A stretch of DNA of 64,000 nt, from positions 48,608,001-48,672,000 of the forward strand of contig OZ024746.1 of NCBI GenBank assembly GCA_964016885.1, written 5' to 3'. The stretch's first letter is position 1; every line of letters starts with the position of its first letter. Shown here in pieces: positions 54,626 to 64,000 of the stretch. The notes under the pieces were generated by a model. The model had not been told where the DNA came from. It saw only the letters and a program-made list of their open reading frames with translations, and searched no databases. The position numbers and the translations under genes are program-made. This stretch comes from Eledone cirrhosa. Lineage: Eukaryota.

Positions 54626-54977
54626 ATACCCTTTATTATTTCCTTACCTTATAAAATTATATGTTTTTTCACAAAAAAGTATTCTGTCTCTTATATATTC
54701 CATGTGCCATTACCAACCTCAATTTTTTCTCTCTCTCTATATATATATATATATACTGTATATATGTATATATATATATATACATGAGGGTGTTAAAGTT
54801 TGCTTGAAGCATTGTGAAATGTGTAAAATACGTAGTTAAGAAAGCCACAAGAATGCAGAGGGAAATCTCGAGGTAGGAAGTGAAAGATAGATAGGAAAAA
54901 CAGGTGAAAGTGAAAATTGAGAGAGACAAAGATGAAAACAAAACAAAGGTAGAAGTGTTACCGTAGTGGAGATTTAA

Positions 54978-55013
54978 TCCCAATATTTCGGGCTCACGCC
55001 CATCAACGGGGGA
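54978..55013 (-). ncRNA. Minimal hammerhead variant downstream of PLE C
   Basis: Revcomp TCCC CCGTTGA T GGGC GTGA GCCC GAAATATT GGGA; core has U4C and A6U. Confidence 0.55.
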
Positions 55014-55618
55014 AAGTTCCAAAAGGGGGGGAACAGGCCAAGCGGAGAAAGTTGTGATGTCGTTAAGACAGGAATGCCGTTATGGGGAGAAAATTATTTA
55101 AAATTTAAACGAGGGAAAGAATGCGCGTGCGCGTGGTAGGCTGTGGCAAAAGCTACTGACCAAATGGGTTAAATCAAGAGGGTGCGCTAGCGTGTGAAAG
55201 CCGTAAGATATGTGTGTGTAAATATATATGTGTGTGTAACTGTGTGTGTATAAGTGTAAGTGTGTATATGTGTGAGTGTGTGTGTGTGTGAAAGATAGTG
55301 GGCTGTAGAAGCTGGAAATCAAAGGGTGTGAAAGGTGGTAGGTTGTAAAACATGTGTGCGTGTATAAATATAGATGTGTGTGTGTAAGCGTATGGGTATA
55401 CATGTGTGTGTAACTGTGTGTGTATATGTGTGAGTGCGTTTGTGTGTGAAAGATAGTGGGCTGTAGAAGCTGGAAATCAAAGGGTGTGAAAGGTGGTAGG
55501 TTGTAAAAACATGTGTGCGTGTATACATATAGATGTGTGTGTGTGTATGCGTATGGGTATGCATATACGTGCGTGTGTGTGAAGATAGCAGGCCGTAGGC
55601 TGTGAATGGTCACTATGG

Positions 55619-58160
55619 TTAAGTTAGCCATGTCAGCTCATTTCTCTCAGCCCGGTTGTTAAGTGGGGGTCTGAGGTTCTTAATAACAAGTGCTTCCTTT
55701 ATCCTTAAGGATCCGATGCTGCGTTCAGTCGCTAGGACTGTGACCAAGGGTCTACCCTGTGGGTTTCCGCATTTAAGGATGTGTTTACGGAAGGAAGATG
55801 CGTTGGTGTTGATATGTTCCTTGATACGAACATGTAGGGGTCGGATGGTGCTACCTATGTAAAACTTGTTACATTTATCGCATTGAATCTTATATACGAC
55901 ATAGGTGCGTAGGCAATCTGCCCCCCGTATCGGGCAGTTGCTGAGAGAACACGTCCCATCTGACTCGTCGGGTTTGTTGGAGAGGCATCTTCGCAGCGAA
56001 GGTCCTGTGTGGGCCAAATGTATGTCAAGTCCCTCCGTCCGTATGGCCCTGCGGATGGCGTTCGTGGTATATTCACTCAGGTGGGGGATTTTAAAGAAGC
56101 ACCTGCTATTATTTAATTTTCTAGTGGGTGTCTGTCTATTGGGTCTGGGGTCTCTAATTCCGTTAATCAGTCGCTTGGGATAACCATTAGATCTGAGTAG
56201 ATTACGGAATTGCGTGGTATGGGTGAGACCACCCATCGGGTCGTTGCATCTGTTAGTGATCCGTGTCAGTTCATTTAGGACATAGCCTCTCTTAGCGTTG
56301 TTGGGGAGGGCTGAGTTATAATGCACAAATAAGTCCTTGCACGCTGCTTTGCGGTAGAAGGTGGTGTTTATGTCTCCTTCTTCCGAGATGTTGATACGGA
56401 AGTCGAGGAGGGCGAGTGACCCGTCTTCTCCTGGGTGTTCGATGGTGAAATCGACGTGATGGTCAGTATCGTTGAAGATTTGGTGAATTTAATTCGCCAT
56501 CTCCCGGGAAGAAGTAAGTATCAGGATGTCATCAACGTATCTGGAGTAGAAGGCGACGGCGTTGGGTTGGCAGGTATTGAGTGCCTTGCGTTCCAGGTGG
56601 TCCATGTACGAGACCGCAAGTATGCCGGACAGACTAGAGCCCATAGGTAGCCCAGAGATTTGTTTGTACGTGTGGCCGAGGAAATTGAAGAGTGCATTAT
56701 CCACAACGAAGGAGAGGAGTTGGTGGATGTCCGTGTGTGTGAGTCCGAAGCAGTGTAAGTTAGATGCTCGGACTCGTTCGGTCAACAGGTCGACAGCTGG
56801 GGATGCTGGTACGGAGGTATAAAGGGCGACCACATCAAGACTGAAGGCATAACCGTTGTCCTTTCTGGTGTTGGGCGCCAGATGGTGTAGTCGCTCCAAG
56901 ACCTCCTTTGAGCTGCAGACGTGGGCTGGTAGTGTGTGTAGAATAGGTTTCAGTAGTGTGGAGAGCAGCCACGATATTTTGTAGAGTGGGCCCTCCACGC
57001 TAGAGACAATGGGCCTGATTTTCAAATCGGGTCCTTGTTTATGTGTTTTAACCAGTTGGTAGAAGGTGGGTAATTTGCTGTTTCGAGTCATTATGTTGTT
57101 TTTTACCTTCTTTGGCAGTTTTCGTTGGACACAGATGTTAGTCCATATGGTGTTAATGCCTTCCTCGATTAGAGTCGAGGAGGTCCCTGTGACTTTCGAG
57201 TAGAGGCTGTGGTCATTAAGATGTTGGAGAGCTAAGTTGTTGTAGGTCTCTCTCGAGATGACACAGAATTCTTTCCCCTTGTCAGAGGGAAGGTACACAA
57301 GGTTCCTGGATCTTAGGTTGGTGAGAGTATTAAATTGTGCATTGGTGAGGTTGCGTTTATTGTGTGTGTGTGTGTGTTGGGAAAGGATGTTAGATATAGA
57401 ATGTTTCAACCTGAGTAGTTTAGTGTCAAGTTCGTGGTTGGTGGGTGGGGGGTGGAGTGGGTTGTCGAGGTGATACGTGGGGAGTGTGGGGTGGGTTGTG
57501 GGGTTGTAATCGATCTCGGTGTTGTTTTGGATGGCGGTTAGCCATTTCAGTTGATATGCTGTCCGACAGAAGTTGGTTTCGATGTCGAGTTTCAGTCTAT
57601 CATCGAGACGCTGTGTAATGATGAACTTGGGTCCGAGGCGCAGAAGTTCGAGTTCGTCGTTGGTGAGGGTACCGGTTAAGTCGGTAACGAGGTGTGAAGC
57701 ATCGTTGGTAGGTAGATCGATGTTGGGGGGTGTAGCGGAGGGTGTTGTATAGCTGTTGCCCCTGGTGTGGTTGTAGTCGGTCCGTCTGTGGGAGCGGATG
57801 TTGTCATTGTAGTATTTGTTTACAGTCCATTCGTATTTCCGTATAAGGCGCTGTTTATCATATTTGACTCTGGTGTGGTAACACTGATCTATAGCTTTGC
57901 GTATTTCCTGGACCTGGTGGTCAGGGGTGAGGGTTGGAGCTATACGATCTATGTGCTCGGAAAGCGTTTGTATATGGAGTCGCAGTTGGTGGTGGTTGTG
58001 TCGTAGTATTTTCTTGATAAACGTGCGTTGAATGTGGCGGATGGTGTTTTCGAAGGATGGTGATCGTAAACATTCGGGTAGATGTATATTCCTGATGGTG
58101 GTTGGAATGATGTTGTTCTTTAGGCAGCGTTTTAAGAAGGTAATTTGGCAACCGAGTTTG
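55619..58160 (-). pseudogene. PLE ORF (N-terminal domain, RT, GIY-YIG) with a single frameshift near 56490
   Basis: ITFLKRCLKNNIIP, LGPKF, PSDKG, IRPIVS, SLDVVALYTSVP, QISGLPMGSSLS, RYVDD; VVYKIQCDKCNKFYIGST..RIKEH, KEALVI, PPLN. Confidence 0.95.
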
Positions 58161-58928
58161 TATATGTATATGTATGTGTGTGTGTGCGCGTGTGTGTGCG
58201 TGTGTGTGTGTATGTGTGCGTGTGTATATGTGTGTATGTGCTTCTGTGCCTTTTTCACTATGTATAAAAGCGTTTGTCAAATAATGCCTCTGTATGCAAA
58301 AAGAACGCCGCGATGTCGTTTCTTAATATGTCGTTCTACACGTGTATCTAAAGAAATAGTCTTCACTGTTATGTTAGAATATCAAGAGAAGGGAAAGTGT
58401 GTTATAAAATTGCCAAATGCCAGATGTAATTATAGAATTTACAGAATATGTATCCCTGATATAAATGCGTAATATTTTTCTCATTCTAACCACACCTCTT
58501 TCTACATTTATACATTACTTTCCATACATCCTCTTACACTCACTTTCTCTAAATCTTATTGTTTCCATACCTACTACCATTGCTACCGGAACTTCAAACT
58601 AGTTTCTCAATTATCAACTACATCTATCATCGAAATATCCCCATTATTTCGATAGTATCCCCCCCCCCCCACTAATCACTACCTTCAATACCACGACGAC
58701 AAATAAAGACATAGAAAACAGTGTCATGGCAACCTGACACTTTCTTTTGATTTAAATATTACCATTTTCCCTATGGTGGTTGCAGGCGTAATTGTGTTTA
58801 AGGAATGTGCTTTGCAGCCTCCTGTTTCTTGGTTCGATCTCACCGTATGCCACTTCCAACAAAGGTTTTCTACCATAGCTTCAAACTCCTCAATAACTCC
58901 TCTGTAGAATACGTTGGTGGCAACACAT

Positions 58929-59011
<83 letters not shown>

Positions 59012-59094
59012 GGTTAACATTGATGCAATTCAATTCAAGCACTCAACGTACTTTTTCCACATAGGAGTGACGGAGTAAATATCGAATAAGGAAA

Positions 59095-59229
59095 AGCGAA
59101 GTAATTTCAGATGTTCAAGTCCTTTAATAATACGACACTCGCACACAGAACAGTGTGGCCAGTGTCGTCATTGAAATATATACCACAGCATTATTATTAA
59201 AGGACTTGAACATCTGAAACTACTTCGCT
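59095..59229. repeat. Short foldback (38-bp inverted arms) with internal hairpin
   Basis: AGCGAAGTAATTTCAGATGTTCAAGTCCTTTAATAATA / TATTATTAAAGGACTTGAACATCTGAAACTACTTCGCT (1 mismatch). Confidence 0.85.
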
Positions 59230-60889
59230 ATATATATATATATATATATATAAATATATATATATAATTAATAATGGGTAAAGTAATTAAACTAAAATAT
59301 TTTTCCTCAAAATACTTTTTGGTTCCTACTGCAGGTTCATCCTACAAGACCAGCCCTAACATTCCAATAATTTAAATATAGGTTTAGAGAATATGCCTTC
59401 AGGAAACTTTCTCGTACCCAGAAAAAGTTTTTCTTTCGAAAGGGACAACTATCACGTGGCATATAGTTCACACGAAGGAAAGTAATAAATGGACTGTTGG
59501 CAAACCTGATCGCTAGAAATAACAGTTCGTTTTAGCCTTTTTCACTCACCTTGTTGGGAATACAAACAAATAATAGCAGATACAAGCACACATATACTTA
59601 CATATTGGGTCTGGAAATAATTAGAAGTCAGAACATAAAAACCGCAACTAAATGTTTCAAGGTATATTTGTCGGACGCTCTATCAATTTTGTCACTAACC
59701 GATCGGAAAGGGTGATAAGTGGCGGAAATAGATAAAATTACCCTCATCACTACAAATACTGATGTTTGCCCTGCTAAAATATATCAACATTACTGTCCTG
59801 CTGTGAAAAGTTTATCTTCTATGATTTGAGTTCGTTTCGATGTGGTTACAATTCTCCGTTGAAAACTATTGTGCATAACCTATGCTGCCGAATATAGTTT
59901 AGAAAGACAAAAGCTTAAACATCTTTTCACCACCTCACATTAATAATGTATAGCGTTTTTGTGGCTTATAACCAAACAAAATAAAATAAAATTACTTTAG
60001 ACTGTTGTAAATTTATATATTTGCTTTGTTCATTTCGTATCACTAGATATCGGTGGAATATCCACAATGATCAAATATATTATTTGCTACACACCCATCT
60101 CTTCGAACCTATTCAAACGAAAAGCAGTGTTATTGTTTTTATTTTGCAGGCTGTTTGTTATTCTCACTGTCATATCTCAATAAACAAGATTTGCCGCGAT
60201 TTAATGAAACATTTGTTACGACTGGTCATAGGAAATCCGATCTACAGCCATTTTGGCATGTGTAATTGTGGGAGGAAATTGCCATATCCTGATTTCAAAA
60301 CGTTTTGTATTTTGTCATATCTGGTTTATGAGGCTATATTAGAAAAATAGAAAAAGAGTTATACATGAAATTGATACCCCTCACTATTTAAAAAAAAATG
60401 ATTATCAGATAAATACTGACATCTGATAAAGGATTATCCTATCATGGACAATTATATATTGGCAAAGAGAGTAAAGGAACATATTCTGTTGTCATGTTAC
60501 CAAACATTCATTTTCCAATATCATATTTTTGATATATCATAGTTACAGAAATGTGTGAAAGACGGGAGAGTATACTTTAAAAAGGTAATTCACTTAACGT
60601 ACTACATTTCATCTAGCTGTTATAAAGACGCTGCCTGTTTGTTTCGGATCCGTTATTCTCACGAGAACACTAATCTGAATCTGAACAGTTTTGCTTCGGT
60701 CCTGTTGGTGGAGCAAATTTTGCTGAGGCTGAGCAGACTTACGTGAAAGTGACAGGTGAGACTGCAGCAGTCTTCCATTGTTATCCTTGTGCCTTTCTTT
60801 AACATTTTTTTTCCAGTGTACTTTTCTTCCGGAGCCAGTTACACTTTTCACTCGTATTTTAAAACTCCCGTTTAATTCCCGCCTCCAGT

Positions 60890-61110
60890 GAGATCGTGCC
60901 ACCTATGAGGCTGTGTCCCCATTAGTGCCTTGGAAACCACAAGCAGTCACTAATAACAGGGGGCGCAAGCACTCCTATCCCGATGTCATTTCCAGAGATT
61001 CTGGTATTGAAATCCAGGACTTGGCAACGGCAATCAACAACAGACCCACGTGGAGATCAATCGTTGAGTCGATTTCGGCTGAGGCCGCCGTAAAAAAAAA
61101 TAATTATTAA
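60890..61110 (+). mobile_element. 3' end fragment of RTE/RTE-X-type LINE
   Basis: WKPQ...RGRKHSYPDVISRDSG..DL...NRPTWRSIV resembles the LINE C-terminal W.P..RGR..Y.D...DR..WR motif; A-rich tail. Confidence 0.65.
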
Positions 61111-61238
61111 GAAAAAGGGCCGCACTTAAAAACACATAATGTTCTGTTTTGGAAATAATCCTAAATGTTTGTTTTCCGTACGTTTTGTACTGTGGCACTT
61201 TTTATATTCTACTTATAAAAATTTTACATTTTCTTAAA

Positions 61239-61805
61239 TACCCTAGGGTCCCAAATAATAGGGTTGGTTGGAATAAGGGGGGGTTCGAAAAGCTGTAATA
61301 TTTCTAGGTTGACTCGGTTGATCTTTTTAAGATCCAGATTTAGTCGTTTAGTTTATATATTGAGACCCCAAATCCATCCTATTTATTTTATAACGGATGG
61401 AATTTATAATAATTGTTTCTACTTTTGGCACAAGGTCAGCAATTATCTCAGTGTATTACTGGTACTTTATTTTATCGACCCCGTAAGGATGAAAGGCAAA
61501 ATTAACTTCGGCGGGATTTGAACTCAGACTGTAAAGGGACGCAACTCTATGCTATAAAGCATGGTATCCGGCCCTCTACCGATACTGCCAATCCAGTATA
61601 ATAATATACTTTAATGTCATGTATAATATTTTTTTATATGAAAAAAATTATTTATCACAGGAATGGTATCACTTAAAATATCATTTCCCGGGAGATAGAT
61701 TAACAGCATTTCATAAGCGGGGGTGGGAATGGAATAAGAGCAGGGGTTGGCAAAAGACTGAAAAATTAATAAGCGGAGTGGGACGATTATTTGAGAGCCG
61801 AGAGT
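61239..61805. mobile_element. Old MITE (imperfect ~22-bp TIRs) with an inserted SINE
   Basis: TACCCTAGGGTCCCAAATAATAG vs revcomp TACTCTCGGCTCTCAAATAATCG. Confidence 0.4.
61408..61596 (-). mobile_element. tRNA-derived SINE
   Basis: Consensus match. Confidence 0.9.
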
Positions 61806-62904
61806 ATTTCAGATGGAAAAAATATTGTTTTCTCAATCGAATCATAAATATTAATTAGATTACTCAATCAGATCAGTTATTTATCTCCCACTCAGAAGTA
61901 AAGACTTCATCCTGTTTCTCATTAATAGTCAGCTTTGGATGCTCGATATTTATCTTTCATCAAATCAATCCAATATATTCATCTATCATGTTCGTTGTGT
62001 TACCGTGTTTCTTTTGTTGCCACACCGACTTTTGTCTTTAGCTTCGTTTATGGTATTTATTGAAAAAGAACGATCGACAAGATCTCAGACTTCATTCGCT
62101 AACTGAGTGGGGTGAAATTCGTCAAACTGTACCAAGGAAACAATGTTTCCATTGATATTTCAATTGCTGATACTATCTACCGGTCGCAACTCCAGGCAGA
62201 AAGAGCAATGCGAAATAAAGTGTATTGTTCAAAGTATAACATATTGCCCGATCCAGGAAATGAACTTGCCATCTCACGATTACGAATCCAATTCTCTAAC
62301 CGTTAAGCCACACGCTTTTTCAATTGTATCTATTCCATAACCGTATTTGAATAGGAACCCCCCAATTTGAAAAGCACTGCTCTAGAATGTGAAGATACCA
62401 GAAATGTTAAGAATCGTTATCAACTATAGGGTAAGTCTCATGATTCTGGAAATATTTGACATTCATAAACTCAATATAAACTGAATCCATCCATCACAAA
62501 TATCGTTTCCCGGACTTATCGGCACCTTCCACACAATGAGAAATTATTCTTAAATTAATATTTTATTTTCATTATACACAAGAATAAGATTCAAATAATT
62601 CCCTCTTCGTTAATGGTAAGTGTTTAATCGGCAACAAAAACGTAGAAATTGAAGCATAAAGTCTACTATAATTAACAACAAGCATTGTACAAGATATCAT
62701 GCAGATTTTAATATACCAATTTGACTATAAGGATAATCTCATAAATATGTGGCTAAATGAATTTTATGTCTTTTTCGATTATATTATGCCAACTGCGTTG
62801 ACAGAAGTTATCAATTTCAACCAAAAGTAGAAACTGTCTCAAAATCTTCCTTAATTATCTTATTCCCCCTTGCTCTACTATTTTATTGATCTCTTGAATA
62901 ATGG

Positions 62905-63120
62905 TTTTTAATTTAGACGTAATGCCAACAATTTTGGGAGAGGGGAAAGTCGATTAAATCGATCCCCAGTACGTTACTGGTAATGTATTTTATCGACCGC
63001 GTAAGGATGAATGACAAAGCTAACCTCGGCAGGATTTAAACTCAGAAAGTAAACTGATGTATCTATATGACGAAAAGAATGTTATCTGACGCTCTACCGA
63101 TAGTGGCAATTCACTGCCCC
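62905..63120 (-). mobile_element. Older tRNA-derived SINE (long subfamily)
   Basis: Diverged consensus match. Confidence 0.75.
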
Positions 63121-63846
63121 TATTGATATCTGACATAGTAAATCGCTTTTCTAGCTGATATATTTTCATTACTTAATGAACGTTAGATTGGCAGAATTTG
63201 TAGAGCCTCGGGGTAAATGACCGGTGCTATTTACATACATCTCTTTATGTGTTGAGTTCAACAAGGCCGAGGTCAAATATACCAGTTATATTTCCGGGTT
63301 CGATCAAATAAATAACATTTAAGAACCAGAGTTAATTGAATCGTATATACTTCGCTTCCATATGAGGTTTCGTACCTATATCAGAAATCAATATAGCTAC
63401 TTTCCTCGCCAAACAAAAGAAAAAGCTAGAAATCGCTGAGAGCAATATATATTTTGAATGCTGTCTGTATCATGAATATTTAATGTTATATATACTGACA
63501 GCAGAGCTATTACGTGAAGGCAAAGTCGAGGTTCACGTACAAGATAAAAATATTACTATGGTAAAATAATGCGGGTCTTATTGTAGGCAATTTCCGTACA
63601 TGAGCTGTCACTTAATATTTCAGAATATGTTTTATGGGGATAAAAGGAAATCCTGTGAACCCAGTCTTATTTTACTCAAAACATTTCAGACTCAAAATTG
63701 ATATTTGAAATCTAATTTTATTTTAGAGTGTGGAACAAGAATAATTTATATTTTTTTCAGGGTGACTTTTTATCCAAACTTAATCATAACTGGAATTGAT
63801 GACAGTTGAAACTTTTCTGAAGCTATCTCGAATTTATTGCCGAATA

Positions 63847-64000
63847 GGGCGGTGGATTGACAGTATCGGTAGAGCATCAGACACCATGCTTTGCAGCATA
63901 GAGTTATGGCCCTTTACGTTCTGAGTTCAAATCCCGCCGATGTTAGCTTTGCCTTTAATCCTTATGGGGTCGGCAAAATAAATTACCAGTACTGTACTGA
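63847..64000 (+). mobile_element. tRNA-derived SINE, cut by window end
   Basis: GGGCGGTGGATTGACAGTATCGG head and GAGTTCAAATCC box B. Confidence 0.9.

Larger units (their letters stand above)
54785..58160 (-). mobile_element. Penelope-like element C, near complete
   Basis: RT and GIY-YIG ORFs; 3' region with ~158-bp tandem duplication (55284/55442) and an HHR-like motif; bounded by microsatellites. Confidence 0.88.

Overview
AT-rich, repeat-dominated eukaryotic DNA with no recognisable host protein-coding exon. The SINE, LINE and microsatellite content looks like an octopus/cephalopod genome (inference). Mobile elements: one nearly intact RTE LINE (APE endonuclease, RT, three C-terminal C2H2 fingers), three Penelope-like retroelements (PLEs; RT plus GIY-YIG, two of them Naiad-like), R4/Dong and RTE-X 3' fragments, a decayed hAT transposase, several MITEs/foldbacks, about 20 copies of a tRNA-derived SINE and many microsatellites. 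Most listed ORFs are microsatellite artefacts. The main hidden signal is a dense set of type I hammerhead ribozyme (HHR) motifs. (1) A non-coding ~430-480 bp unit carries a minimal HHR and occurs in tandem/inverted form at 27.4-28.6 kb and again at 38.2-38.7 kb, with compensatory base changes; it resembles a retrozyme or non-autonomous PLE. (2) HHRs lie downstream of each PLE ORF. (3) A three-copy hammerhead-like motif has a non-canonical CAGANNUA core. All structures were derived by eye; activity is untested.
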